DNA of 61,769 nucleotides, filler included. It is 5 parts of 5 records of this genome, joined end to end, with 100 filler letters (N's around TTAATTAATTAA, not from the genome) between each part and the next. Parts side by side here need not be neighbours in the genome. Positions count along the whole stretch, not along the records: positions 1 to 19,867 come from SRR31147125_17665; positions 19,968 to 35,446 come from SRR31147125_17685; 3 more parts are not named here. The stretch is one strand, 5' to 3'. A model generated the notes under the pieces. The model made no database searches. It saw nothing but the letters and a program-made list of their open reading frames with translations, and was not told the DNA's origin. Shown here piece after piece: positions 10,514 to 22,325 of the stretch. Every line of letters begins with the position of its first letter. Positions within the stretch are counted from its first letter, which is position 1. The translations under genes were made by a program, and so were the position numbers.

Positions 10514-11908
10514 TTAATTTTGAACGGAAAAAGTGAGTTCGAAACACGAATGAAAAGAATCTGTTTTTTTTAGAATAATATGGCCTTTATTTTTTTCCAC
10601 CAGGTTTTTTACAATTGCCAGGCCTAATCCCAATCCACTTGCTTTGCTGCTAAAAAAGGGTTCAAATATTTTATTCTGTATGTCTGATGGAATACCAGAA
10701 CCTGTATCTTGAAATAGAATTGTTACTTTTTTATTATTCGTTTCAATATTTATAACGATCTTGTTTTCTTCACTAGGATTCATAGACTGGATAGAATTAA
10801 GAGCAAGATTTAAAAATATTTGTTTCAAGTGTTGCGCATCCAGAAATATAACAGCATCGCCTGTAAAAATGACTTCTACTTTTTTTGTATGTATTTGGTT
10901 CTCTAAGAGATCATATACTTCATTCCAGCTTTCCGATATGTGACAGGGTTGAGGATTCGGATTAATGGGCCTGGCGTAATCTAAAAAATTCTGGATTAAT
11001 GTTTTCAGATTTTTACTTTCTTTTAATATTTTTTCTGTCCTTGCCTTTTTTTCCGGATCCTGCAGTTCATCATGTAAAAGTCCGGCGAAAAGCTCAATAC
11101 CCCCTAACGGATTACGAATCTCGTGAGCCACTCCCGCCAGCATTGCTTTTTGTTGTTCATCCCTTTGTAAAATACCTTTTCTCATTTCCTCCATAGTCGC
11201 GGCAAGAAAGCCTATTTCATCTTTACCTTTTACAGATATTGCTTCATTCATCTTACCATGACCTATGCGATTAGCTGCGGTTTGTAACTTTTGTAATGGC
11301 GCTGTAATACTTTTTGATGTAAACAGTGCCAGAAAAAAGGATACCAACATGGAAAATAAGCCAATTTGCAGAATAGTTTTTTGAATGTCTCGAATGGAGC
11401 GTAAGGACTCTGCACTTCCTTCCACTGCCACGACTCCAATGACATTTTCTTTGTTTTTTAACGGCGCGTATCCGGTTTTATATAATTTCTTATGAGTGCC
11501 CTCGAACAGGATTGAAGAGGCTAAATATCCCTCTTTAACCCTGGATATTTCGAATTTATCAAATATATATCTCGGATATGTATAACCAATAGTGCTCTTT
11601 TTGGTGTCAAGCCAAACTTGTCCGGAATTGGAAAAAACAAATACATGTTGTATTTGTGTAGCTTCTTTTAATTTTAATATATTGTATAATAGTGCTTTAA
11701 ATGTTCTGGTACTCTCATCTCCGGGTACCAGCCTGGTAACGAGAGAGGGTTCCAATTGAATAGCAATGGCAGCTGCCGTTGTCTCTAATTTTTTTCCCAA
11801 TTCCTTTTCCAGTACATTTTCCAGTCGGTAATTGAGATAGATGCCTGAAAGAATCAGAACAAATCCAATCTGCAGCACAAAGAGAATTACAAGTCGTTTT
11901 CGAATCAC
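10514..11908 (-). CDS. Membrane sensor histidine kinase (HAMP, HisKA, HATPase)
   Basis: Two TMs, HAMP, AHEIRNPL, DTGSGI, GLGLGLAI. Confidence 0.95.
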   Translation of the reverse strand: MIRKRLVILFVLQIGFVLILSGIYLNYRLENVLEKELGKKLETTAAAIAIQLEPSLVTRLVPGDESTRTFKALLYNILKLKEATQIQHVFVFSNSGQVWLDTKKSTIGYTYPRYIFDKFEISRVKEGYLASSILFEGTHKKLYKTGYAPLKNKENVIGVVAVEGSAESLRSIRDIQKTILQIGLFSMLVSFFLALFTSKSITAPLQKLQTAANRIGHGKMNEAISVKGKDEIGFLAATMEEMRKGILQRDEQQKAMLAGVAHEIRNPLGGIELFAGLLHDELQDPEKKARTEKILKESKNLKTLIQNFLDYARPINPNPQPCHISESWNEVYDLLENQIHTKKVEVIFTGDAVIFLDAQHLKQIFLNLALNSIQSMNPSEENKIVINIETNNKKVTILFQDTGSGIPSDIQNKIFEPFFSSKASGLGLGLAIVKNLVEKNKGHIILKKTDSFHSCFELTFSVQN

Positions 11909-12043
11909 GGATTTTGCACCTTTAAGAATAAATAATGTAATGCAAAGCGTATACCAGAAAAATGTAAGGCTATTAATAATTTGTTAATTTTAAATATATA
12001 ATAATTAATTGTTTATAGACAGTCTTCCAAAAACAGCAAAGAT

Positions 12044-12078
12044 CGCTATTCAAAATTCTATCAAAATTTTGAATAGCG
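12044..12078 (-). terminator. Perfect 14-bp inverted repeat downstream of bshA, probable terminator
   Basis: CGCTATTCAAAATT-7nt-AATTTTGAATAGCG. Confidence 0.5.
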
Positions 12079-12097
12079 TGTCAGATATCTGATATCT

Positions 12098-13216
12098 CTA
12101 TGAAAGAGTCGATTTATATAAATTCTCATATTCAGGAATAATTTTTTCCATATAAAAGTCGGTTAGCGCTTTATCCCGGGCTGATTTTTTAAAGCTATTC
12201 ATCAGTCCATCATTGGTCAAAAGCTCTACGACACTATCAGCCATATTTTCCACATCTCCTACAGGGTGAAGAAATCCATTAATATTGTCATCAACAACCT
12301 CGGGAATACCACCGAAGCGTGACCCGACAACCGGTGTTTTACAGCTCATGGCTTCAAGAGCAGCCAGACCAAAACTCTCCTCACTACTGGGAATCAGAAA
12401 GATATCAGCACATCCAAGTATATTTTCGATATAAACCTGAGTGCCCAGGTAAATAACATGATCCTGAACACCCAGTTTCAATGCCAAATCGTAAGAAGCC
12501 TGACGATCAGGTCCTTCTCCCACCAGTAAGAGTTTCGTTGGAACATGCTTTATAACCTGAGCTAATATTTTTACCGTATCGGTCAGTCGTTTTACAGGCC
12601 GAAAGTTTGAGGTGTGAATCAAAATTTTTTCATCATGTGGAGCGAAATATTTTCTGTTACAATTTGTAACCACACCGTTAAAGCGGTCTGTATCTACAAA
12701 ATTATAAATAACCTGAATATCTTTTTGAATAGAGAATTCTTTGATGGTTCTCTCTGCAAGATAGTTTGAAACAGCTGTCACGGCATCTGATTCCTCAATC
12801 CCAAATCTTACAGCCTCAAAAAAGGACGCATCTTTACCTACAAGGGTTATATCCGTACCATGTAATGTAGTCACTATTTTAGGACTCTTTCCTCGCATCA
12901 TTTTTTTTGTTAAATACGCACTAATAGCATGGGGGATAGCATAGTGAGCATGTATGATATCCAGACCATATTCCTTTGCAACTTCCAGTATTTTTGTTGC
13001 TAAACTCAGGTCGTACGGCGGATATTTAAAAAGTGGGTAGGCAGAAACATCAACTTCATGATAAAAGACATTTTGTTGAAATTGACGTAACCGGAATGGA
13101 GTACCATAACTAATAAAGTGTACTTCGTGACCTCTCTGCGCCAAACCCAATCCTAATTCCGTGGCAACAACACCACTGCCACCATGGGTGGGGTAGCAAA
13201 TCATGGCAATTTTCAT
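12098..13216 (-). CDS. bshA: N-acetyl-alpha-D-glucosaminyl L-malate synthase (bacillithiol biosynthesis, GT4)
   Basis: [62 protein letters not shown]. Confidence 0.95.
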   Translation of the reverse strand: MKIAMICYPTHGGSGVVATELGLGLAQRGHEVHFISYGTPFRLRQFQQNVFYHEVDVSAYPLFKYPPYDLSLATKILEVAKEYGLDIIHAHYAIPHAISAYLTKKMMRGKSPKIVTTLHGTDITLVGKDASFFEAVRFGIEESDAVTAVSNYLAERTIKEFSIQKDIQVIYNFVDTDRFNGVVTNCNRKYFAPHDEKILIHTSNFRPVKRLTDTVKILAQVIKHVPTKLLLVGEGPDRQASYDLALKLGVQDHVIYLGTQVYIENILGCADIFLIPSSEESFGLAALEAMSCKTPVVGSRFGGIPEVVDDNINGFLHPVGDVENMADSVVELLTNDGLMNSFKKSARDKALTDFYMEKIIPEYENLYKSTLS

Positions 13217-13492
13217 ATAAACACCCTTATTTTATAATAATGAAATATATTTATCAAGCATCTGTTTAAAGAAAACAATACAACCATGTTTTATATTTAG
13301 AAATATATTGATTCTGATCGCACCTGTCAATAAAAAGCGAACAACAGGTATCGATATATGAACCACCTCTTTTTTATTGATTTATTGGGTATTTATGGTT
13401 ATTTTAAAGTCTGTAAAAATCCGTTTATAAATAAAATAATATTATTGTTTAATTATAAAATAACCTAATTACTATATGAATTATATTACCTT

Positions 13493-15286
13493 ATGAATCA
13501 GAAATATATTAGAAATTTTTGTATTATTGCCCATATAGATCATGGCAAGTCCACTCTTGCAGATCGTCTTTTAGAAGCGACCGCGACTCTCACCAAGTTT
13601 GAGATGAAGGATCAGGTTCTGGATAGTATGGATTTGGAACGGGAACGCGGTATCACAATTAAAATGCATGCGATTACAATGGAGTATAAAGCTGAGGACA
13701 AACAACGGTATACTCTAAATTTGATTGATACACCAGGACATGTGGATTTTACTTATGAAGTTTCGAGAAGCCTCGCTGCTTGTGAAGGTGCCTTGTTAAT
13801 TGTTGACGCTGCCCAGGGAATTGAGGCGCAAACGCTGAGCAATCTGTATCTTGCTATTGAAAATGATCTTGAGATAATTCCTGTTATTAATAAAATTGAT
13901 CTTCCCAGTGCCCAGATTGATATGGTTAAACAACAGATTATTGATGTTCTTGGTTGTCAGGATAGTGATATTGTTCTGGCAAGTGCCAAAGCTGGTCTGG
14001 GTATTGAAGAGACGTTAGAAGCAATTGTGACAAAAATTCCACCTCCCACTGGTGATTTAACAGCGCCCACGCGTGCTCTCATTTTTGATTCCATATTTAA
14101 TGCTTATCGTGGTGCCATCGCCTATATTCGTGTTATTGAAGGTGAAATCAAAACAGGCCAGATCATAAAATTTATTTCCACTGGTAAGACCTTTGAGGCA
14201 CAGGAGGTAGGTATACTTCGCCTGGGACAACATAAACGAGATTCTCTTAAAGCTGGCGAGGTGGGATATGTGATTGCCGGTGCTAAGGAAGTAAAGGATA
14301 CCAAGGTTGGAGATACAATTACTCTTGCCAATAATCCGGCCAAAGAACCGCTTCCGGGATATCGGGATGTAAAACCCATGGTGTTCAGCGGTATGTTCCC
14401 TTCCGATGCTGAAGATTACGAGGATTTACGTGCAGCACTGGATAAATTAAAATTAAATGACTCTTCCTTGTTCTTTGAACCGGAAACATCCATTGCCCTG
14501 GGCTTTGGGTTTCGTTGTGGATTTCTTGGATTATTACATATGGAAATCATCCAGGAACGACTGGAACGTGAATATGAACTGGATTTAGTGTCCACAGTTC
14601 CAAATGTAGAGTTTCATGTACATACGAAACAAGGTAAAATGCTAGTCGTCGATAATCCTTCAAATCTACCATCACAAGGTGATATCGACAAGGTGGAAGA
14701 ACCGTATATTAAAGCCAGTATTATGACCCCGGCTGAATTTGTCGGCAATATCATGACTCTTTCAAGAGATCGAAGAGGTGTCTACATTAACACGGAATAC
14801 ATTGATAAAACACGGGCCATATTGCATTACGAATTTCCTCTGGCTGAAGTCATTTTTGATTTTTATGATCGACTTAAATCCATTACAAAGGGGTATGCTT
14901 CATTTGATTATGACTTCCATGGATTTAAAGATGGAGATGTTGTCAAACTCGATATTCTTCTCAATGGCGAATCTGTGGATGCACTGTCTGTGATTGTTCA
15001 TCGTGAAAAAGCCTATGACTGGGGACGACGGGTTTGTGAAAAACTTAAAAATCTTATACCAAGACAAATGTTTCAGGTAGCCATACAAGCATCTATCGGA
15101 AGTAAAGTTATCGCCAGAGAAACCATTAATCCTCTGAGAAAAAATGTGACAGCTAAATGTTATGGTGGTGATATCAGCCGTAAACGCAAATTACTTGAAA
15201 AACAAAAAGAAGGTAAAAAACGAATGAAACAGCTGGGAAAAGTTGAAGTACCTCAGGAAGCTTTTCTGGCTGTACTTAAAGTATGA
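13493..15286 (+). CDS. lepA: Elongation factor 4
   Basis: [47 protein letters not shown]. Confidence 0.99.
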   Translation: MNQKYIRNFCIIAHIDHGKSTLADRLLEATATLTKFEMKDQVLDSMDLERERGITIKMHAITMEYKAEDKQRYTLNLIDTPGHVDFTYEVSRSLAACEGALLIVDAAQGIEAQTLSNLYLAIENDLEIIPVINKIDLPSAQIDMVKQQIIDVLGCQDSDIVLASAKAGLGIEETLEAIVTKIPPPTGDLTAPTRALIFDSIFNAYRGAIAYIRVIEGEIKTGQIIKFISTGKTFEAQEVGILRLGQHKRDSLKAGEVGYVIAGAKEVKDTKVGDTITLANNPAKEPLPGYRDVKPMVFSGMFPSDAEDYEDLRAALDKLKLNDSSLFFEPETSIALGFGFRCGFLGLLHMEIIQERLEREYELDLVSTVPNVEFHVHTKQGKMLVVDNPSNLPSQGDIDKVEEPYIKASIMTPAEFVGNIMTLSRDRRGVYINTEYIDKTRAILHYEFPLAEVIFDFYDRLKSITKGYASFDYDFHGFKDGDVVKLDILLNGESVDALSVIVHREKAYDWGRRVCEKLKNLIPRQMFQVAIQASIGSKVIARETINPLRKNVTAKCYGGDISRKRKLLEKQKEGKKRMKQLGKVEVPQEAFLAVLKV

Positions 15287-15336
15287 TGTTAAATTCTGTA
15301 AGAGTATATCAATTAATGTATTATAATAAATTGTCA

Positions 15337-15363
15337 AACAAGTCGGATTCGTTCCGACTTGTT
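15337..15363 (+). terminator. Hairpin after lepA
   Basis: AACAAGTCGGA-TTCGT-TCCGACTTGTT perfect 11-bp stem; weak U-tract. Confidence 0.55.
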
Positions 15364-15396
15364 AATTATGAACCACTTCCTGGTTGCCCTTCCTAA

Positions 15397-16155
15397 ATGA
15401 TTTCCATAAAAAATTTAACAAAAGAATACAGCACAAAGGTTGCTGTTAAAAACCTCAACCTGCAAATAAATAACGAACTATTCGTTTTTCTCGGTCCAAA
15501 TGGTGCCGGAAAAACGACAAGTATCAAAATGATGACCGGTTTATTAACACCAACCTGTGGATCGGTGTTTATTGATGGTATTGACATTCAAAAAGAACCT
15601 GTTCGGGCAAAAAAGATATATGGTCTGGTGCCGGAACGCCCCTTCCTGTATGAAAAATTGACCGCAGTTGAGTTTGTTCAATTTATGGCGAATGTCTATA
15701 AAGTTCCTTCAGACGAAGCAGGCCGACGCGCACATCAATTGTTTGATTTGTTTAAAATTGATGACCGTTGTAATGAACTCATTGAAAATTACTCACAGGG
15801 CATGAAACAAAAAGTGGCTCTTATCGGTGCTCTCGTACATAATCCAAAGGTGCTGTTTTTGGATGAACCAACAATTGGTCTGGACCCTCAGTCGGCTCGC
15901 AATTTTAAAGACCTGCTGAGAGGGTTGGTGGATAAAGGCACAACAATTTTTATGTCGACTCATATACTGGAAATTGCTGAGCGTATGTGTGATAGAATCG
16001 GTATTATTGATAATGGGGAATTAAAGGCATTGGGTACCCTTGAAGAGCTATTCGAACAATCATCTGACAAAGCTTCAACCCTGGAGGATATCTTTTTAGA
16101 ACTGACCGGTCCTTCTGATAATGAAAAAGTATCCAACTATTTACAGGACTATTAA
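15397..16155 (+). CDS. ABC transporter ATP-binding protein (ABC-2 exporter type)
   Basis: GPNGAGKTT, YSQGMKQ, LFLDEPT, STH switch. Confidence 0.95.
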   Translation: MISIKNLTKEYSTKVAVKNLNLQINNELFVFLGPNGAGKTTSIKMMTGLLTPTCGSVFIDGIDIQKEPVRAKKIYGLVPERPFLYEKLTAVEFVQFMANVYKVPSDEAGRRAHQLFDLFKIDDRCNELIENYSQGMKQKVALIGALVHNPKVLFLDEPTIGLDPQSARNFKDLLRGLVDKGTTIFMSTHILEIAERMCDRIGIIDNGELKALGTLEELFEQSSDKASTLEDIFLELTGPSDNEKVSNYLQDY

Positions 16156-16160
16156 GCCAT

Positions 16161-17779
16161 ATGCTGTCACTATTGCTGAAGAATAAATGGACTGTCTTTA
16201 AAAACAATCTTACTTTGGTCGCCAGGACGAAAATGCGCTCAAAACTGTTTCGTTATCTTTTATTGACAATATGGCCTGTTATTTTATTTCTGAACACAAG
16301 AGAACTCTTTTCATCCTGGATACTCTTGCCATCCATGGGCGAACAAATCATAGTAAATTTTATTTCTGTTTCTTTCCTCGGTATTCTGGTTTTACTTCTA
16401 GTGAGTGGTGTTACTCTGGTATTACATTATTACTTTCTTTCCAGCGATATAACGTTATTGTTTTCTTTACCTCTACCAAAAAAAGATATTCCAGTATAAA
16501 TTTATCGAGGCAACTATTGCCAACGCATCTCTATTTATCATCCTCGGATTACCTCTCGTGCTGGCATATGGTGTTGTGGTAAATGCCTCTATTTTCTTTT
16601 ATCTTATTTTAATCATATCAACCCTCATTTTTTTGGCTATACCGACTGCCCTGGCCACAACCATCAGTACTATTATAATACGAATTCTGCCGCCTCAAAA
16701 AGCGAAAAATGTTACAACTATTTTGATGGCTGGTATATTGATCTTTGCATGGGCTGGTTTTCAATTTATCAAATTCTCCGCTCTAAATCCTGCATACTCG
16801 GATTTTGATCCGAACTACATGCAGAATTTTCAGAATGTTATATCCGGTTCATTACTGAAACTTTTACCATCATACTGGTATGTGAAATCTATACATGGGG
16901 TCGCCCACGGTAATATTCAGGAAATAGTTTACCTGATTGCTCTTTTTGTTGTTCTTTATGTTTTATATGTTATTAGTAAAAGATTAGTTGAAGGGGCTTA
17001 CCAACAGGACATCATTGGTAAAGAAGGCATGTTTGGATTTGTTTATGTGAAGAAAAATTCAGGCATGAAATTAAAATCGTTAAATAATTCCACACCATTT
17101 TTTGCTGTATTACAGCGGGATCAAAAACTCCTTTTACGAGATTCGCGAGTTTTGATTCAATTCATGTTTTTTCTCGCTGTGATGGTTGTTTTTCCGTTTA
17201 TGGTCAAAAATATGGAATTAATGGATTCATTTTTAGGAGTGTATCTTCTTTTTTATTATTATGCTGATTGGAACCTTGAACGCGTGTTCTTTGGCGGCTC
17301 GTTTTTTACCTCTTGAAAGATTATCTTTTAATATCACCAAATGTGCTCCTGTGCCTGCAAGAGTTTACCTGTTAGCAAAACTTACTCTTGCTTTTGTGTC
17401 GACATTGCTTATATTTTGGATAGCCATATTTTTTCTTGTAACAAAGTTGCAGACCTCGTTTTTGGTTACTGTAACTATTATGGTGATGTCCATTTTTTCG
17501 TTTTTAAGCTCAGCGAGTTTTGGTCTTTTTATAGCCTCTGCTTTTTCAAATTACAAGTGGGATAACCCGAAGCGAATGTTCTTTGGTTATGGTAATATTC
17601 TGCTGACAATAGGTCCTTTTACATTACTGGGATTGGGACTGGTTATATTCACCACCGGGCTCTTATTTTTTAACACATTTTTTGCTACTCTATTTTTCTG
17701 TCTGTACACATTGATTCTCTCTGTGGTGGGATTATGGGCAGCGACTCGTAAAATGGAAAAATATGAGTGGATATTTTAA
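16161..17779 (+). CDS. ABC exporter permease, split in three by two homopolymer frameshifts (about 16480 and 17250)
   Basis: Consecutive multi-TM ORFs 16161-16499, 16558-17316 and 17261-17779 join into one protein (SSDITLLFSLP, RDQKLLLRD, WDNPKRM). Confidence 0.8.
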
Positions 17780-17938
17780 TATGATATATAATTAATTCAT
17801 AAATGTATTTCAATTTCCGCAAAAAAAACATTAACTTGTGTTCTTTCCGGATAAAAAAATAATTGTAACGTTTATATTGATTTTAACGTCTTAAAACTAA
17901 AGATTATAGTCATTTTTGCGACATCGAAAGGAAAAGGA

Positions 17939-18667
17939 ATGGATAAAAAAGGAAAAAACGTTATCCGTGAGTATATTGAAGCGTTTTCAGTTGCACTGAT
18001 CGCCGCACTCATCCTGCGCGCGCTTGTTATTCAGGCATTTCGAATTCCAACTGGTTCCATGAAAGATACCCTGCTTGTTGGGGATTTCCTTCTGGTTAAC
18101 AAGTTTGTTTATGGGGCTCAAACCCCGGAACGTATTCCACTTGTTGATATTAAAATACCATCATTTCGGTTTCCAGCCTTAAAAGAGCCTAAAAGGGGTG
18201 AAATTATTGTTTTTAAATATCCCCTCGATGAAAAATTGGATTATATTAAAAGGTGTGTCGGTGTTGCCGGAGACACCATCCAGATTCGAAAAGGTATTGT
18301 TTATGTCAATGGAAAACCAGAGGGCGAAAGGAAATTTATAGAAAAAAAGTTCGACTCTAGCGAGGGAACGTATGTCAATTATTATCAGATAAACTCCCCA
18401 AATGGATTCGAATATACGATTCGGTATTATGCCGAGAGCAATCCCCGTCATTCGGATTTTGGACCTGTTGTGGTTCCGCCTAATAGCCTGTTCATGATGG
18501 GAGACAATCGCGATAATAGTCAGGATAGCCGTTATTGGGGTTTTATGCCCATGGAAAATCTGGTTGGCCAGGCTCTGGTTATTTACTGGTCCTGGGATAA
18601 AACAGAAGTGTTGTGGAAAATATATAATAAAATCAGATGGTCCAGGATTTTTAATGTAATTCGTTAG
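17939..18667 (+). CDS. lepB: Signal peptidase I
   Basis: IPTGSMKDTL, YIKRCVG, MMGDNRDNSQDSRYWG. Confidence 0.97.
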   Translation: MDKKGKNVIREYIEAFSVALIAALILRALVIQAFRIPTGSMKDTLLVGDFLLVNKFVYGAQTPERIPLVDIKIPSFRFPALKEPKRGEIIVFKYPLDEKLDYIKRCVGVAGDTIQIRKGIVYVNGKPEGERKFIEKKFDSSEGTYVNYYQINSPNGFEYTIRYYAESNPRHSDFGPVVVPPNSLFMMGDNRDNSQDSRYWGFMPMENLVGQALVIYWSWDKTEVLWKIYNKIRWSRIFNVIR

Positions 18668-18670
18668 CTT

Positions 18671-19860
18671 ATGAATACTGGCGCTCTTTACATCCATTTC
18701 CCATTTTGTAAACAAAAATGCAGCTATTGTGATTTTTATTCTATCACGACGCTGGCATTAAAACAACGATTTTTGGATTCTCTATTCAGGGAAATTATAC
18801 GATATCAGGAAAAGCCTGTGTTTCAGGCTTTTCCTTTTTCAACACTATTTTTGGGTGGTGGAACTCCTTCCTTATTGAATGGTGAAGAAATGAAATCTCT
18901 TGTCCATCGGATTTTGTCAGGTTTCAGGACCACCGATGCCATAGAGGTTACATGTGAAGCCAATCCTGGCACATTATCACCACATCTTTTAACTGATTTT
19001 TTACAATCCGGTGTGAACAGATTAAGCATAGGCGTCCAGTCCTTTGATAACCGTGAATTAAAGGCACTGACTCGAATACATACAGCTGAAGAGGCAGTTG
19101 CGTCTATCAAAGAAGCGAAAAAAACGGGTTTTAATAATATCAGCATAGATCTGATTTTCGGAGTACCAAATCAAACTCTTGATTCCTGGGAAAAAAACCT
19201 GGAAAAAGCAATCGATTTGGGGCCACAACATATTTCATCCTATTGTCTGACCATTGAACCTGGCACACCTTTATTTAAGTCAATACAACGAGGCGCTCTT
19301 TTAAAGTGTGATGAAGAGCTGGAAAGAGAAATGTTCCTGATGGGAAAGGAAAAACTCGAATCCGCTGGTTTTGAACATTATGAAATTTCCAATTTTGCTT
19401 TACCCGGTTTTCAATGTCATCACAATTTAAAATATTGGGATGAAAGTCCTTATCTCAGCTTTGGACCATCGGCTCATTCCTTTGATGGTTTTAAAAGATG
19501 GTGGAACAAAGCGGATATTGAAGCTTATTGTAAAAGTCTGGAAAAAAACGAGTCACCCATTCAAGAGACAGAGGTTTTAAATAACCAACAAAAAAAACTG
19601 GAACTTATTTTGTTGGGTCTAAGAAGACGAAATGGAATTCCCTTGCTCTGTGGAATAACCTTTCAGATCAGGATTTCCTGAAAGAGGCTGATTCTATTTT
19701 GATAAAGCTGGGCGGTATCGATAATAAAGTAAAACCATTTGAATCTTCCACATCCGGAAAGCTCCTCGGCCTGGAGCATGACCATCTTTTTCTGACAACC
19801 GAAGGTTTGTTAGTATATGATTCCATATGTTCTGAATTGTCTGATCTCATTTCAATTTGA
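18671..19860 (+). CDS. hemW: Radical SAM heme chaperone HemW; frameshift near 19640
   Basis: YIHFPFCKQKCSYCDF, YEISNFA, HNLKYW; shifted frame continues to LFLTTEGLLVYDSICSEL, stop at 19860. Confidence 0.9.
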
Positions 19861-19867
19861 TTTTTTT

Positions 19868-19967
19868 NNNNNNNNNNNNNNNNNNNNNNNNNNNNNNNNN
19901 NNNNNNNNNNNTTAATTAATTAANNNNNNNNNNNNNNNNNNNNNNNNNNNNNNNNNNNNNNNNNNNN
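19868..19967. other. Artificial contig-joining spacer
   Basis: 44 N + TTAATTAATTAA (stops in six frames) + 44 N. Confidence 0.98.
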
Positions 19968-20347
19968 CTGGCAATAAAGACATCGGCATAATTATAGTGC
20001 AAACCAATGAAAATTCATTGATTTTACCCTAAAATATACGAAAAGTTGCTTTATATAAAATCGCCTTTAACGTCTCTATTAAGACATTAAACGATAAAAA
20101 GCAACTTGGTATAATCAACCTGTCTTGTCATTACTAAGTTTATCATGTTTTTCACTAAAAAAATAGCGTGTTTTACTCTGGAGTTATACCAAGTTTACTT
20201 TTTGTGCACTAGAAGCTTACAGCTTTGAGCACAATCGTCATGAATTTCAGTTCTTCTGTTGACACGTTTATTAGCCTATATTTAGTACAACTTTTTGGTT
20301 TCAGTTCACAATATTGAGATTCTTTTTCAGATAAATCTCACCAAATA

Positions 20348-21073
20348 CTAGATTTCAATGACTAGTATATCTTCTTTTCCAAATTCAACTCTAGTTATAT
20401 AATCCTTTTCAAACCCAAACGCGCCTCCATGTGTAGAAGGTGACATTATGTTATTAATCATATATACCTGTTCAGAAAACTTAAGTGCTTGCTCGTGGTA
20501 ATTATTTAGTTCCTTATTCCATTCTTCCAAACTGAAATCAACATGAACTGGCCAAATTATTATCGATTTATGAACTTCGATACTGCTAAACAAATGCATT
20601 GTGTCCTCATCCCATAAGTCACCACATAAAGCAATTGTAAATTTACGACCATTAATTAAAGAATATTCTACTTGTTTTCCTTCGCGATAATGTTGATCTG
20701 TAATTGAAAACTCTTTCCATTCCTTTGATAATCGACGATAATTCACTGTCTGTACACCGTCGCTTGAAGCAACTAAATAACTACTAAATATAGCATCGTC
20801 AGCAAGTTCAAAATAACCAAATCCTACACCTATATTGTATTGTTTAGCTATATTTAATATATTAATGATAATTTCATCTTCTTTATCTAAAGCAATTTTT
20901 ATATCATGAGTAAAATTCCAATTAAGACTATTAAACCCCTGTAAGAATGATTCACCAAAAAATATATATTCAATGTTACTTTTAGCTGCGATTTTGAAGA
21001 ACTTAATTATTTGATTTGCATTATGCTTGATATCTCCATTGACACACTTTGCAGGAATTAGTCCTATTTTCAT
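20348..21073 (-). CDS. Carbon-nitrogen hydrolase (nitrilase superfamily)
   Basis: FFGESFLQG (Glu), YRRLS at the usual YRK site, ALCGDLW (Cys). Confidence 0.85.
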   Translation of the reverse strand: MKIGLIPAKCVNGDIKHNANQIIKFFKIAAKSNIEYIFFGESFLQGFNSLNWNFTHDIKIALDKEDEIIINILNIAKQYNIGVGFGYFELADDAIFSSYLVASSDGVQTVNYRRLSKEWKEFSITDQHYREGKQVEYSLINGRKFTIALCGDLWDEDTMHLFSSIEVHKSIIIWPVHVDFSLEEWNKELNNYHEQALKFSEQVYMINNIMSPSTHGGAFGFEKDYITRVEFGKEDILVIEI

Positions 21074-21074
21074 A

Positions 21075-22202
21075 TTATTTAGCTAACTTCCTAAATTGAT
21101 ATAATCCTGCAACTTCATTTAACTGCATATATCTTATCTCATAAAGGTCAATTAAATTACTCTTTTGATATATCTTTAGGATTGGATAATATTCCTCATC
21201 ATCCCAAATCAAACTATATTTTTGTTCTAATAGATCCATTTCATCTTGTATAATTGATGAAACATCACCTATAATAATCGTTCCAGAATCTTCTAGAAAT
21301 TGATTTAGATTTATTAACAAATCAATTTGTTCATCATATGACAAATGATGTATAGAGTAATTAAATATTATAAAATCAAATTTAGAATTTAATATACTCA
21401 TAATTTCAGTAAATTCTTTTTTAATAAAGGTCGCTTTTGGCATCTCAATTTTCGCTAATTCTATCATCTTTTCAGATATATCGACACCAGTTATATCATA
21501 TCCTAAATTATAAAGTGGAGAAGTCATTTCGCCTGTCCCTACACCCATATCAAGGATCTTTGCAGATTTTCTTTTAGTAATTAACTCGATGATTTGATAT
21601 TTAATCTCAGAATAACCTGCAAATGGATATGTGCCTTGCTGTTCTGATTTAATGACACTTCGATTGTAGTTACTCGCCCAGCGATCAAATAATTGCTTTT
21701 TAAGATATGCTTCTACATTCAGTTTATAAAGTATGTTTACCTCATCTTGTCCGTATTGAATGAATCCAAGTTTACGTTGCAAGCCATTTGATGCATCATT
21801 CCATTTACGAGCCTCTGAATATATTGTTGTAATCCCATCTATTTTCAAATCATTTATCATCTCATTAATCAGTTTTGTTGCAAAACCTCTACGCAAATAG
21901 TTTTTATGTGTTTGTAGTCCTTCAAGTAAAAACTTATTGTCATAAATATTAATTCTACAAACACTGATAATTTTTGTATTATCAGTTAGTATATAGTACT
22001 TGTAAAAATTAGTCGCTTTTGCACAACTGTCAATGTATGTCAAATAATCATTTTTTATTTCTTGTTGCTTTTCTTTTAATAATGGATCCAATAAAGAGAT
22101 ATTTCTGTCTTCTTCTAATTTGTCATTTAATACTTCAAACCACTGATTCTTTTCATTCAAAGATAACTTTGATATTTTGCTTTTATTCCAAATCTCTACC
22201 AT
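21075..22202 (-). CDS. GNAT acetyltransferase / class I SAM methyltransferase fusion
   Basis: LQTHKNYLRRGFATKL and NDASNGLQRKLGF (GNAT), then FDRWASNY, ILDMGVGTG, GVDISEKM, YSIHHL (MTase). Confidence 0.85.
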   Translation of the reverse strand: MVEIWNKSKISKLSLNEKNQWFEVLNDKLEEDRNISLLDPLLKEKQQEIKNDYLTYIDSCAKATNFYKYYILTDNTKIISVCRINIYDNKFLLEGLQTHKNYLRRGFATKLINEMINDLKIDGITTIYSEARKWNDASNGLQRKLGFIQYGQDEVNILYKLNVEAYLKKQLFDRWASNYNRSVIKSEQQGTYPFAGYSEIKYQIIELITKRKSAKILDMGVGTGEMTSPLYNLGYDITGVDISEKMIELAKIEMPKATFIKKEFTEIMSILNSKFDFIIFNYSIHHLSYDEQIDLLINLNQFLEDSGTIIIGDVSSIIQDEMDLLEQKYSLIWDDEEYYPILKIYQKSNLIDLYEIRYMQLNEVAGLYQFRKLAK

Positions 22203-22325
22203 AATAATCGCCCTCGTTTCATTAATTATATCATACTAACAGTATGTGATAAATACAATTTAATACCTAATAAAAAGAAAAAAGTTCATTTCTCAAACAA
22301 GAAATAAACTTAGCAATATCAAACT

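Noticed and set aside
16161-17779. Split genes as pseudogenes, phase variation or programmed frameshifts (also hemW, gpx, cheR, sprA, PilZ)
   Set aside because: Short homopolymer indels occur in all five unrelated contigs with no other decay, best explained as sequencing error
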